Origin: an uncultured bacterium
GTDB lineage: Bacteria; Omnitrophota; Gorgyraeia; Duberdicusellales; 4484-171
Assembly: GCA_913050175.1 (NCBI GenBank)
Contig: CAJXAF010000001.1
Coordinates: 1,126 to 65,125, forward strand
DNA length: 64,000 nucleotides
Direction: 5' to 3'
Shown: piece after piece, positions 46,864 to 57,040 of the stretch
How positions within the stretch are numbered: position 1 is the stretch's first letter
How the letters are laid out: each line of letters opens with the position of its first letter
Position numbers and translations under genes: made by a program
The notes under the pieces: generated by a model
Database searches by the model: none
What the model saw: only the letters and a program-made list of their open reading frames with translations
What the model was told of the DNA's origin: nothing

Positions 46864-47217
46864 ATGGTAGAAAGGAGAAAATACGTACGTTTTCGGGCGT
46901 CTTTTTTGTTCAAGTTTAAAAATCACGCACCTAACGGAGCTCAGGGTGTGGTTAAAGATGTTAGCATGAGCGGTTTAAGGGTAGTTTTAGACAAATCTGT
47001 TGAGTTAGATTCCAACTCCCAACTTAATTTTTATTTACTCCTTCCCAGCCAAACTTTTGAAATATCCGGAGAAACTGTTTGGGTGGATATTTTCGATAAT
47101 AGAAAAGAAGCCGGTATTCACTTTACCAATATCGCTGATAGCTATAAAGAGGATATTTATAACTATATTTCAAAGTACTATCGTGAGGAACTAGTGCATA
47201 AGTGGTGGCAATCTTAA
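46864..47217 (+). CDS. PilZ-domain protein
   Basis: RRKYVR, DVSMSGL, GETVWV. Confidence 0.8.
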   Translation: MVERRKYVRFRASFLFKFKNHAPNGAQGVVKDVSMSGLRVVLDKSVELDSNSQLNFYLLLPSQTFEISGETVWVDIFDNRKEAGIHFTNIADSYKEDIYNYISKYYREELVHKWWQS

Positions 47218-47243
47218 AACTGCTGCTATTAATAACCATTTAG

Positions 47244-47582
47244 ATGCAAGCTATTTTTTCCTGGACCATACTTTTTACTTACTCTTTTTTTATCATTGTT
47301 CTTTCTTTTATGCCGATCAGGGCCCCTGAGGTCGTTATTATCCCTTTTTTAGATAAGATTATTCATACCTTTGCTTATATGCTACTTTCTTTTTTAACTG
47401 TAAATACTCTCTGTAAAAAGAGAAAAGCCCGGCCCCGGCTGATTAGCTTTTCTTATGCCTTTTTATTAGGATTTGCAATTGAGATAATTCAGCATTTTTT
47501 GCCTTATAGAGCCTTCGAAGCAGGAGATATTTTTTCAAATTCTTTAGGAGGTTCTCTAGGGTTATTTTTAAGAGCAGTATAG
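47244..47582 (+). CDS. VanZ-like family membrane protein
   Basis: Four TM helices with VanZ-type motif (…FLDKIIHTFAYMLLSF…GFAIEIIQHFLPYRAFEAGDIFSNSLG…). Confidence 0.7.
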   Translation: MQAIFSWTILFTYSFFIIVLSFMPIRAPEVVIIPFLDKIIHTFAYMLLSFLTVNTLCKKRKARPRLISFSYAFLLGFAIEIIQHFLPYRAFEAGDIFSNSLGGSLGLFLRAV

Positions 47583-47595
47583 TATAAAATTAGCT

Positions 47596-49149
47596 ATGGG
47601 AAATCAAAATAATAATTTAGCCAACTTACTTGATGATAGCGTTAGTCGATTTCCTAAGAGGGTAGCTTTAATTTTTGGTTCAAGAAAGATTACTTATGCT
47701 CAGTTAGGTTTTATCAGTCGGAAGATTTCCGGAGGATTGTTAAATCTAGGTATAAAGCCTTCAGACAAAGTTGCTCTCTGGTTGCCTAATTGCCGGGAAT
47801 TTATCTATTCTTACTTTGCGATTTTGCGCCTGGGAGCAACAGTAGTGCCGGTAAATAACATGTTAAAGAGAGAGGAGGCAAGGTATGTTATTGAGGATTC
47901 CCAAGCAAAGACACTTATCTGTTCTATCGATAAGACTGAAGATGCAAAAAATATTCTTTCCCGGATTGAAAGTTTAGAAAATGTAATAGTTTCACCCTTT
48001 CCCAAGGATGATAGAATAGTTTTGAATTTTACTAAACTTATCCATGAAAGCCAAGAATTTAAGCAAAAAACTGAAATAAAAGAAAGCGATATAGCCCAGA
48101 TAGTTTATACTTCCGGTACAACCGGTAAACCTAAAGGGGTTTGCCTTACTCACAGTAATATTTATTCTAATGTTAGAGCTTCAGCTTTGGCAATTTACTT
48201 TAATAAGCGGGATTCACTTATCTGTATCTTGCCGCTCTTTCATTCTTTTGCTTCAACCGTTTGCATGTGTTTACCTCTTTATAAAGGAGCAAAAATTGTG
48301 CTTATGCGATCAGTCCGGCCGTTTAAGAGGATCATCCGGGCTATATTTAAACACCGGGTAACTGTCTTCATCGGTGTACCTTCGCTTTACAATATTTTAA
48401 ACGAAATGAAATTAAAAAAATGGCAGTGGATATTTAATCTTATTCTAAATCCGCTCCGCTTATCAATTTCCGGAGCTGCAGCTCTTCCTGGTTCTGTTTG
48501 GCAGAAATTCGAGAAAAAATTTAAACGGCCGCTCCTGCAAGGCTATGGCCTAACTGAAGCTTCTCCGGTTGTTTCCATGAACCCTTTAAAAGGTAGGAGA
48601 AAACCTGATTCAATCGGCTTGCCAGTTGATAAAGTTCTCATAAAAATTGTTGATAAAAATGACAAGGAAGTACCTCTGGGTCAGGTGGGAGAGTTATTAG
48701 TTAGAGGCCCTAATGTAATGCAGGGATATTTTAATTTAGAAGCTGAAACCGCAAAAGTCTTAAAAAACGGCTGGCTATATACTGGAGACTTAGCTAAGAA
48801 GGATAAAGACGGCCACTTTTATATAATTGGCCGTAGTAAGGAGATGATAAATGTCCGCGGTTTTAATGTCTATCCCCGGGAAATAGAAGATATCCTTTAT
48901 AAATATCCTCATGTAAAAGAAGCAGCTGTGGTAGGAGTTAACCACAAACATAGAGGTGAAGTGCCGGTTGTTTTTCTGGTAAGTGATAAAGAAATCTCTC
49001 AGCGAGAGGTAATTGTTTATTTACGCAACAATCTTGCCAGCTATAAGGTGCCGCTTAAAGTATTTTTTAAAGATAACCTGCCTAAGAATACTACCGGTAA
49101 GATTCTTAAGCGTCAACTTAAAGACGAGATAAAGGATTTGTTTGAATGA
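47596..49149 (+). CDS. AMP-dependent synthetase/ligase (long-chain fatty-acid--CoA ligase-like)
   Basis: AMP-binding motif IVYTSGTTGKPKGV, motifs GYGLTE, …TGDL…DGH.YI.GR…, C-terminal Lys (…TTGKILKRQL). Confidence 0.88.
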   Translation: MGNQNNNLANLLDDSVSRFPKRVALIFGSRKITYAQLGFISRKISGGLLNLGIKPSDKVALWLPNCREFIYSYFAILRLGATVVPVNNMLKREEARYVIEDSQAKTLICSIDKTEDAKNILSRIESLENVIVSPFPKDDRIVLNFTKLIHESQEFKQKTEIKESDIAQIVYTSGTTGKPKGVCLTHSNIYSNVRASALAIYFNKRDSLICILPLFHSFASTVCMCLPLYKGAKIVLMRSVRPFKRIIRAIFKHRVTVFIGVPSLYNILNEMKLKKWQWIFNLILNPLRLSISGAAALPGSVWQKFEKKFKRPLLQGYGLTEASPVVSMNPLKGRRKPDSIGLPVDKVLIKIVDKNDKEVPLGQVGELLVRGPNVMQGYFNLEAETAKVLKNGWLYTGDLAKKDKDGHFYIIGRSKEMINVRGFNVYPREIEDILYKYPHVKEAAVVGVNHKHRGEVPVVFLVSDKEISQREVIVYLRNNLASYKVPLKVFFKDNLPKNTTGKILKRQLKDEIKDLFE

Positions 49150-49802
49150 AAAAACCTTTTAATGTCGTCTTTGAAGATGATTACCTGGTAGTTGTTAATA
49201 AGATTGCCAAACTCTTAGTTCAGCCTTCGCCTAAAAGAGAGAAAATAACCTTAACTTCACTCTTAAGCCGAGACCTAAATATAAAAGCTTTACCTTGTCA
49301 TCGTCTTGATCGGGAAACTTCCGGTCTTATTATTTATGCTAAGTCTAGCGATATCCAGAGAAAAGTTATGGAGCAATTTAAACAAGCCAAGGTTAAAAAG
49401 AAGTATTTTGCCTTTGTTAAGGGTGAGATAGCTAAGCAAAAGGGTTTGTTGGAGGGTTTTATCCTTGATAGGGAGGGGCAAAGGTTCTCGGAAAAAGCAA
49501 AAAAAGCCAAGACTTTTTACCGGGCTAAAGCTAGGTTCAATCAATTTAGCTTTTTAGAATTAGAGCCCTTAACCGGAAGGACTAATCAGTTGCGCATCCA
49601 GCTGGCTGATATTGGCCATCCTATTCTCGGAGAGAGTAAATACGCTTTTAGACGTGATTTTCCTTTAAAATTTAAGCGGCTTGCTCTCCATGCTTATTTC
49701 TTAAGCTTTCTTCATCCCTATAGTAATGATCGCCTGCACTTAGAAGTAAAATTAGCCTCTGATATGGCGCTTTTTTTAGATCAGGCCAGGAAAGCCGATT
49801 AA
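49146..49802 (+). CDS. RluA-family pseudouridine synthase
   Basis: Catalytic Asp motif HRLDRETSGLIIYAKS; overlaps preceding gene by 4 nt. Confidence 0.85.
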   Translation: MKKPFNVVFEDDYLVVVNKIAKLLVQPSPKREKITLTSLLSRDLNIKALPCHRLDRETSGLIIYAKSSDIQRKVMEQFKQAKVKKKYFAFVKGEIAKQKGLLEGFILDREGQRFSEKAKKAKTFYRAKARFNQFSFLELEPLTGRTNQLRIQLADIGHPILGESKYAFRRDFPLKFKRLALHAYFLSFLHPYSNDRLHLEVKLASDMALFLDQARKAD

Positions 49803-49893
49803 GTTTTATAGGTTAAAATCTGCCTCTGCGGGTAGAAAAATGTTATTTCTTATTTTTTCGACTTTTTAAAGGGAAATGATATAATATCATCCT

Positions 49894-50280
49894 ATGGCAG
49901 TGATGAAAAAGAAGATCTACTATCACGATACAGATGCCGGGGGTGTTGTTTACTATGCTAATTACCTTAAGTACTTTGAAGAGGCCCGGACTGAATTCTT
50001 AAATGACTTAGGTATTAACCTTAAAGCCTTAACTGATAATAATACTTGGTTTGTGGTAAAGCATGTAGATATTGAATACAAATCTCCGGCCCGCTATGCT
50101 GATTCGCTGATTATTGAGAGTGATATAAGCAAACTTAAGAGTGTATCGCTTATATTTTCTCAAACAATTAAAAGAGATGATCAAGTTTTAATTTTTGCCC
50201 AGACCCAGATGGTCTGCGTGGATTCATCCTTTCGTCCCAAACCAATTCCGGAAGAACTCCACTCTTTATTTAAGAAATGA
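49894..50280 (+). CDS. Acyl-CoA thioesterase, YbgC/4HBT (hot-dog) family
   Basis: YYHDTDAGGVVYYANYLKYFEEART conserved YbgC N-terminal motif. Confidence 0.85.
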   Translation: MAVMKKKIYYHDTDAGGVVYYANYLKYFEEARTEFLNDLGINLKALTDNNTWFVVKHVDIEYKSPARYADSLIIESDISKLKSVSLIFSQTIKRDDQVLIFAQTQMVCVDSSFRPKPIPEELHSLFKK

Positions 50281-50633
50281 CCTACACTATTAAGAAAAAA
50301 GATAGTCAGCAGCCAATAATTAAATCAGCTCGTCTTGCTGATACGTTTTTCTTAAGGCTTTTAGGGTTGATGTTTAGGAAAAGCATTAGACAAGACCAGG
50401 CTTTGGTATTTTATAATGCTCCGTCAATTCATATGTTTTTTATGCGCTTTCCTCTGGATATACTTTTTTTAGATAAAGAAAGTAAAATTATCCGTATTTG
50501 CCACTCACTTAAGCCTTGGAAAATGGTCTTTACGCCTGGGGCCAGGACTACAATCGAAATGGCGTCTAAGAAAGCTGCAGAAAATTCATTAAAAGCAGGG
50601 GATGTATTGGAATTAACCCCCAATCCTTCCTAA
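50277..50633 (+). CDS. DUF192 (COG1430) domain protein
   Basis: …GLMFRKSIRQDQALVF…IHMFFMRFPLDILFLDKESKII pattern typical of DUF192. Confidence 0.65.
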   Translation: MTYTIKKKDSQQPIIKSARLADTFFLRLLGLMFRKSIRQDQALVFYNAPSIHMFFMRFPLDILFLDKESKIIRICHSLKPWKMVFTPGARTTIEMASKKAAENSLKAGDVLELTPNPS

Positions 50634-50740
50634 AATCCCGATTTACCCCTAAAAAATACTTGATTATACTAATAATAGGGAATTATATTGACTCTTATTA
50701 TATTTTGGTTTATCATAACTCTTACCTAATATGGTGAAAT

Positions 50741-51763
50741 ATGGCTAATTACAAGAAGGTAAAAGTAGGAGTAATCGGGGCAGCCGGCTTTACAGGTGAG
50801 AAGCTGGTTGAGCTATTGCTTTGTCATCCTCAGGTAGAGGTCTCTTATCTCAGCTCCATGCTAGATAAAGACACTGCTTTTAGTACACTTTTCCCTCGAT
50901 TTAAAGGCAGGCTGGAGTTGGTCTGTAAGAATTTAGATATTAATGAGGCCTCACAAAAGGCAGATGTTATTTTTCTGGCTCTTCCTCACCGCATATCTTT
51001 AGATATAGCTCCGAAATTCCTTAAGAAGAAAAAGATAGTAATCGATCTTTCAGCTGACTATCGCCTTAAAGATGTAAGCCTATATGAGAAATTTTATAAA
51101 AATAAACACTCTGACCTTGGTAATTTAAAAAAAGCTGTCTATGGTTTGCCTGAATTTTATCGAAAAAGTATTAAAAAGGCAAAATTAATAGCTAATCCCG
51201 GTTGTTACCCTACAGCCTCAATTTTAAGTACAGCTCCGTTGTTAAAAGAGGGATTGATAAAAGATATTGTTATTGATGCAAAATCAGGAATAACCGGAGC
51301 TGGCAGGAAAGCATCCCTTGATTATCATTTTGCTCACTTAGACGGCAATCTCTTCAGCTATAAACCTTTTGGCCATCAGCACTCACCGGAAATAAATCAG
51401 GTTCTTTCTGATCTGGCTAAAAAGAAAATTAAGATCCGTTTTACTCCTCATGTAATTCCGGCAGAGCGAGGTATTTTAATCACAGTATATGCTAAATTAA
51501 ATAAGGCTGTTAAAGCTAGCACTATTTCCAATATCTACAAGAAGTACTATAAATCTGAAAAGTTTGTACGTCTCTTTAACCAGAAGTTACCGCAATTAAA
51601 AGATGTAGTCGGAACAAATTTCTGTGATATTGGTTTCGAAATCCAAGACAAAGAGATAACTATAGTTGGGGCTATTGATAATTTAATTAAAGGCGCCTCC
51701 GGCCAGGCTGTGCAGAATATGAATATAATCTTTAACTGGGATGAAGGACTGGGCTTGCTATGA
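50741..51763 (+). CDS. argC: N-acetyl-gamma-glutamyl-phosphate reductase
   Basis: VKVGVIGAAGFTGEKLVELL and active-site GCYPTASIL. Confidence 0.93.
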   Translation: MANYKKVKVGVIGAAGFTGEKLVELLLCHPQVEVSYLSSMLDKDTAFSTLFPRFKGRLELVCKNLDINEASQKADVIFLALPHRISLDIAPKFLKKKKIVIDLSADYRLKDVSLYEKFYKNKHSDLGNLKKAVYGLPEFYRKSIKKAKLIANPGCYPTASILSTAPLLKEGLIKDIVIDAKSGITGAGRKASLDYHFAHLDGNLFSYKPFGHQHSPEINQVLSDLAKKKIKIRFTPHVIPAERGILITVYAKLNKAVKASTISNIYKKYYKSEKFVRLFNQKLPQLKDVVGTNFCDIGFEIQDKEITIVGAIDNLIKGASGQAVQNMNIIFNWDEGLGLL

Positions 51764-52854
51764 TTATTCCCGATGGCTTTCTTTTGTCCGGACTGCATTG
51801 CGGTTTGAAGAGGAAAAACCTTGATTTAGGCCTGATTTATATTTATGACTTTGCCAAGGCAATTGGTTTTTTTACTCCTAATGTTAACCCATCCTATTCA
51901 GTTACTCTTAGCCGTAAACATATAAACAACCAGATTAGAGCTGTGATTGTTAATAGCGGTAATGCCAATTGTTATTCACATAAGCAGGGCCTTAAGGATA
52001 CTAAGGAGATAGTCTCCGCCTTAGCTAAGTATTTAAATATTAAGAGCTCAGATGTTCTTATTGCTTCAACCGGTATTATCGGTAAAAAACTTAAAAAAAA
52101 TAATATTATTAAGAATATTCCTAACCTAGTAAAGAGCTTAATAAATGAAGGTGACGATTTTTCCCAAAGTCTTTTAACTACCGATACTTTTACTAAACAG
52201 GCCGCAGTTAAGATTAAGCTTAAGGTAAAGACTGCTACAATTTCTGGTTTTGCCAAGGGTGCTGGCATGATTTATCCTAATATGGCAACTATGCTTGGTT
52301 TTATCTTAACTGACGTAGATTTGCCGAAAAGCTTATTTAAAAAAATAGCTAAAGCAGCTCTAGATGAGAGCTTTAACTCTATAAGTGTTGATGGCTGCAC
52401 CAGCACTAATGATACAGTATTTTTTCTTTCCAGCCGCAAGGTCAGCTTAAAGACTAAGAAGGATATAGATTGTTTTTCTTTGAAATTAAAAGATGTATGT
52501 TTAAAGCTGGCTAAACTAATAGTTAAAGATGCTGAGGGAGCAAGTAAGTTCTTAGAAATTGAGATTAAAGGGGCTAAGACTAAATTGGAGGCAAAAAAAG
52601 CAGGTTTTAGTTTAGCTAATTCAAGTCTTTTTAAGTGCGCCATATACGGTGCCAATGCAAATTGGGGAAGAATTATCGCAAGCTTAGGCCAGGCCGGGAT
52701 TAAAGTAAGCGAAGATATCTCGATAAAAGCCGGCAATTTAAAGAAAAAAAATATAAAAATAGCAGTAGATCTAAAGAGGGGTAAATCAGGAGCAACAATT
52801 TATACATCTGATTTGACTCCTAAGTACATTAAGATCAACGCTGAGTATAACTAA
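51760..52854 (+). CDS. argJ: Bifunctional ornithine acetyltransferase / N-acetylglutamate synthase
   Basis: Autocatalytic cleavage site ATMLGFILTD (Thr nucleophile). Confidence 0.92.
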   Translation: MIIPDGFLLSGLHCGLKRKNLDLGLIYIYDFAKAIGFFTPNVNPSYSVTLSRKHINNQIRAVIVNSGNANCYSHKQGLKDTKEIVSALAKYLNIKSSDVLIASTGIIGKKLKKNNIIKNIPNLVKSLINEGDDFSQSLLTTDTFTKQAAVKIKLKVKTATISGFAKGAGMIYPNMATMLGFILTDVDLPKSLFKKIAKAALDESFNSISVDGCTSTNDTVFFLSSRKVSLKTKKDIDCFSLKLKDVCLKLAKLIVKDAEGASKFLEIEIKGAKTKLEAKKAGFSLANSSLFKCAIYGANANWGRIIASLGQAGIKVSEDISIKAGNLKKKNIKIAVDLKRGKSGATIYTSDLTPKYIKINAEYN

Positions 52855-52872
52855 AACTATTAAGGAGTAAAA

Positions 52873-53724
52873 ATGGTACAAGAAGCAATTAGGAAAGCTG
52901 ATGTTTTAATTGAAGCTCTTCCTTATATTAAGAAGTTTAACAAGAAAATTTTCGTTATTAAGTACGGTGGCTCAATACTTGGTGAAGAACGGGTAAGAAA
53001 ATCAGTACTTGAAGATATTGCTTTTTTGCGTTATGCCGGCATTAGGCCTATTATTGTTCATGGCGGTGGTCCTAATATAACTGAGCGCCTAAGAGATGAA
53101 AAAATTGAAACCGGCTTCGTTGATGGAATGAGAATTACCGATAAAGATACTTTAAATATAGTCGAAGAAGAGCTTAACAAGCTTAACGATATGATCGTTG
53201 AAGAAATAGAGTCACACGGAGTTAAGGCTTCCAGCTTTAAAAATGCTGATGAGCTTCTTACAGTTACTAAGAAAGATTCTGAAATAGACTTAGGTTTTGT
53301 CGGCCATGCAGTAGATTTTAATCGAAAGGCTCTCGATAAAGCTTTAGCCGCATCTATTCCGGTAATTTGTCCAATGGGCAAAGCCGAAAATAATGAATCT
53401 TTTAATATTAATGCTGATGAAGCCGCTTTCTTCCTGGCTTCAGAGCTAAAAGCTGAAAAATTAGTTCTTCTGACCAATGTTTTAGGAGTCATGGGTGATC
53501 CCAAGGATGAGAACTCTTTGATTTCAACTATAACGGTTGAAGAGATTGAAGGTTTAATTGAGAAGAACACTATTGATGAGGGCATGGTGCCTAAGGTGCG
53601 GGCCGCAGCCGGAGCAATCCATGCCGGTGTCGGAAAAGCTCACATAGTTGATGCTAAAATACCTCATGCTCTGCTTTTAGAAATTTTTACTGATAAGGGT
53701 ATAAGTACTGAAATTGTAAAATAA
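52873..53724 (+). CDS. argB: Acetylglutamate kinase
   Basis: FVIKYGGS… VHGGGP amino-acid kinase motifs. Confidence 0.93.
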   Translation: MVQEAIRKADVLIEALPYIKKFNKKIFVIKYGGSILGEERVRKSVLEDIAFLRYAGIRPIIVHGGGPNITERLRDEKIETGFVDGMRITDKDTLNIVEEELNKLNDMIVEEIESHGVKASSFKNADELLTVTKKDSEIDLGFVGHAVDFNRKALDKALAASIPVICPMGKAENNESFNINADEAAFFLASELKAEKLVLLTNVLGVMGDPKDENSLISTITVEEIEGLIEKNTIDEGMVPKVRAAAGAIHAGVGKAHIVDAKIPHALLLEIFTDKGISTEIVK

Positions 53725-53727
53725 ATT

Positions 53728-54894
53728 ATGAGCCTTAAAAAAGATTTTAAAAAATACTCTTTAAATACTTACGCCAGGGTTGGCCCGGTCTTTGTCAAAG
53801 GCAGTGGCAGTTGGCTTTGGGATGGTAAGGGTAATAAATATTTGGATTTGTTTCCTGGCTGGGGAGTTTCTATCCTCGGGCATGCACATCCGGCGATAGC
53901 TAAGGTTATAGCCGCCCAGGCTAAAAAACTTATCCATATTCCTAATAATTTATATTTTAAAGAACAGGCAGCTTTAGCTAAAGAAATTGTTCTCGCAAGT
54001 TTTCCTTCACGGGTATTTTTTGGTAATTCCGGAGCTGAGGCAGTAGAGGGGGCGATAAAAATAAGCCGTCTCTACTCTAAAGAAAAATATGAAGTTATTA
54101 CTATGACCGATTCCTTTCATGGCCGGACCTTTGCAGCAATGTCAGCTACCGGTCAGAAAAAATATAAAGCAAAATTTAAACCAATCCTTAAAGGGTTTAA
54201 AGAAGTTGCTTTTGGCAATCTAGCGGCTTTTAAGAAGAGTCTATCAAAGAAGACAGCAGCTGTAATCTTAGAGTTAATTCAGGGAGAGGGCGGAGTTAAC
54301 GTAGCCAGCCGCGCTTATATTAAGGAAATTAAAAAAATTTGTCAGAAAAAAAAGATACTCTTAATTTTTGATGAAGTTCAAACAGGAATGGGGCGAACCG
54401 GTAAGTTATTTTGCTTTCAACACTATGGAGTTAAACCGGATATTATGCTTTTATCCAAAGGTTTAGGAGCCGGTGTACCTATTTCAGCAATAGTCGTAAG
54501 CAATAAGATAGCCGGCTTAATGCAGCCGGGTCTGCACGCTTCTACTTTCGGTGGCTCTCCCTTGGTTACCTCAGCATCTTTAGCGGCATTTAAAGTAATT
54601 AAAAAAGAAAAACTCCTTAATAATGTCAATAGGATAGGTGATTATGCAGTTAAACGCTTGAAAGTTTTAAAGAATAAGTTTTCTTTAATTGAGCAAATAA
54701 AGGGTAAGGGTCTTATGCTTGGTATTGAGCTTAATTGTCCAGCTCAACCAATATTTCTAAAGTGTCTTTCTAAGAAATTGATTATTAATGCTACCCACGG
54801 TAATATCTTACGCTTTATGCCGGCTTTAAACGTGAGTCGAAAAGAAATAGATAAGGGATTGGATATTTTAGAGGGAGTTTTAAGTAATTCTTAG
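53728..54894 (+). CDS. argD: Acetylornithine aminotransferase (class III)
   Basis: …LIFDEVQTGMGRTGKLF… PLP-Lys (LSKGLGAG) region. Confidence 0.9.
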   Translation: MSLKKDFKKYSLNTYARVGPVFVKGSGSWLWDGKGNKYLDLFPGWGVSILGHAHPAIAKVIAAQAKKLIHIPNNLYFKEQAALAKEIVLASFPSRVFFGNSGAEAVEGAIKISRLYSKEKYEVITMTDSFHGRTFAAMSATGQKKYKAKFKPILKGFKEVAFGNLAAFKKSLSKKTAAVILELIQGEGGVNVASRAYIKEIKKICQKKKILLIFDEVQTGMGRTGKLFCFQHYGVKPDIMLLSKGLGAGVPISAIVVSNKIAGLMQPGLHASTFGGSPLVTSASLAAFKVIKKEKLLNNVNRIGDYAVKRLKVLKNKFSLIEQIKGKGLMLGIELNCPAQPIFLKCLSKKLIINATHGNILRFMPALNVSRKEIDKGLDILEGVLSNS

Positions 54895-54897
54895 ATT

Positions 54898-55815
54898 ATG
54901 AATAATTTTATATCTTTACAATTTTTTTCAAGTCAACAGCTTCAAGATATTTTATCTTTAGCCAAAGCCATTAAAGCTGAGCCGCTTAAATATTCTCAAA
55001 GTCTGGAAGGAAAATATATTGGTCTTTTGTTTGAAAAGCCATCACTTCGCACCAAGACTGCCTTTTATATCGGGGCCCTAGGTTTAGGGGCCCAGGCAAT
55101 CTACTATACTTCTCAGGAGATAAAGCTTGGTCAGCGAGAAAAGGTATCCGATGCAGCCAGGACTTTAGCTTCCTATCTGGATGCAGTAGTCTTACGTACT
55201 TTTTCTCATGATGTTCTCTTGGAGTTTACCCAGTTTTCTTCAATACCGGTTGTAAACGCCTTAAGTAATCTTCTTCACCCTTCTCAGGCTTTGGCCGATA
55301 TTCTTACGATTTCAGAATTAAAGCCGGATATCAAAAAGCTTAAAATTGTTTATCTTGGTGACGGGAATAATGTTTGTCACTCTTTAATTTACTGTCTTTC
55401 TATACTTGGCTGCCACTTAACTATTTCTACTCCCGATGACTTTAAGCCATCAGCTGAAGTCTTAGAGCGAGCTGGAGGTTTTAATCGGGTCTCTGGCGGC
55501 TCAATAAGTGTTTGCCCTGATCCGGTACTAGCGGCTAAAGATGCCGATGTCTTATACACAGATGTTTGGACATCAATGGGCGATGAAGACAAGCGCGAGG
55601 AGCGAAAAAAAGCATTCAAAAACTTTCAAATAAATGATAAAATCGTATCTCAAGCTAAAGAAGACTCTATTGTCATGCACTGTCTTCCGGCTCACAGGGC
55701 TGAGGAGATAACCGATAGTGTAATTGACGGAAAACATTCAGTAGTTTTTCATCAAGCTGAGAATCGACTACACTCAGCCAAAGCAATTTTATACCATCTC
55801 TTAGGAGAAAAATAA
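54898..55815 (+). CDS. argF: Ornithine carbamoyltransferase
   Basis: SLRTKTAF (STRTR CP-binding motif), HCLPAHR; position in arg operon. Confidence 0.88.
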   Translation: MNNFISLQFFSSQQLQDILSLAKAIKAEPLKYSQSLEGKYIGLLFEKPSLRTKTAFYIGALGLGAQAIYYTSQEIKLGQREKVSDAARTLASYLDAVVLRTFSHDVLLEFTQFSSIPVVNALSNLLHPSQALADILTISELKPDIKKLKIVYLGDGNNVCHSLIYCLSILGCHLTISTPDDFKPSAEVLERAGGFNRVSGGSISVCPDPVLAAKDADVLYTDVWTSMGDEDKREERKKAFKNFQINDKIVSQAKEDSIVMHCLPAHRAEEITDSVIDGKHSVVFHQAENRLHSAKAILYHLLGEK

Positions 55816-55846
55816 ATCCTGATAGGAAAATTAATTTGAGTTTACA

Positions 55847-57028
55847 ATGAAGAAAAAGAAAAAAGTTATCTTAGCTTACTCCGGAGGCCTGGATACATCA
55901 TGCTGCCTGGTCTGGTTAAAAGAACGGGGCTATGATGTTGTCTGTTTTTCAGCAGACTTAGGAAGTGAATTCTCTCCTGCGGTTTTACGAAAAAAAGCAA
56001 AACAGTCAGGAGCATCAAAAATATACATCAAAGACTTACGTTCCGAATTTGCTAAGGAGTACATTTTAGCTTCTTTAAAAGCCGGGGCTATATATCAGGG
56101 GAAGTACCTTCTTAATACAGCTTTAGGCAGGCCTTTGATTGCTAAGTACTTAGTCGAAATAGCTAAAAAAGAAGGGGCTGGTTTTGTTTCTCACGGTTGT
56201 ACTGCTAAAGGCAATGATCAGGTTCGTCTTGAGCTGGTAGTTAAAACTCTTAATCCGAAACTAAAAATTATTGCTCCTTTAAGGGAGTGGGAGCTTACCA
56301 GTCGTGAGTCAGAGGTAGAATATGCTAAAGCTAAAAAAATACCAATTGAGAATACTAAGAAAAAAATTTACAGTATTGATAAGAATATCTGGGGGACAAG
56401 CATTGAAGCCGGGATACTTGAGAATTTAGAAAATGAACCTACTGAAGATGCATTCATCGAAACCGTTAGTCTAAGTAAAGCTTCGGCTAAGCCTCAATAC
56501 ATAAGCCTTGAGTTTGCCAAAGGCAAACCGACAAAGCTTAATGGTAAGCGCTGCAATTTTGTAAAAATTATTGAGAGACTAAATAAAATTGGCGGAAAGC
56601 ACTGTATTGGTCGCACAGATTTAATTGAAGACAGGATGGTGGGGATAAAATCACGAGAAGTCTATGAGGCTCCGGCTGCCTGGATTTTGCGCACAGCTCA
56701 TAAAGAGTTAGAGTCCTTAGTTCTTGATAAAGAGACGCTTTATTTTAAAGAGATAATTTCTCTTAAGTATGCCCAGATAGTTTATCAGGGGTTATGGTTT
56801 TCCCGAATTAAGCAGTCTTTAGACGGATTTGTTGCCAAGAGTCAGACTAGGGTAAGCGGAAAAATAACTTTGAAATTATATAAGGGTAATATTATAATTG
56901 CTAAACGAAGTAGTCCTTATTCTTTATATAAGGAGAGTCTAGCAACTTACGGGAAAAAGGATACTTTTAATCGAGACTGGGCTAAAGGGTTCATCGATAT
57001 TTGGAGTATGCCTTTTATTGAGAAATAG
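55847..57028 (+). CDS. argG: Argininosuccinate synthase
   Basis: AYSGGLDTS PP-loop. Confidence 0.95.
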   Translation: MKKKKKVILAYSGGLDTSCCLVWLKERGYDVVCFSADLGSEFSPAVLRKKAKQSGASKIYIKDLRSEFAKEYILASLKAGAIYQGKYLLNTALGRPLIAKYLVEIAKKEGAGFVSHGCTAKGNDQVRLELVVKTLNPKLKIIAPLREWELTSRESEVEYAKAKKIPIENTKKKIYSIDKNIWGTSIEAGILENLENEPTEDAFIETVSLSKASAKPQYISLEFAKGKPTKLNGKRCNFVKIIERLNKIGGKHCIGRTDLIEDRMVGIKSREVYEAPAAWILRTAHKELESLVLDKETLYFKEIISLKYAQIVYQGLWFSRIKQSLDGFVAKSQTRVSGKITLKLYKGNIIIAKRSSPYSLYKESLATYGKKDTFNRDWAKGFIDIWSMPFIEK

Positions 57029-57040
57029 GAGATATCAGAT

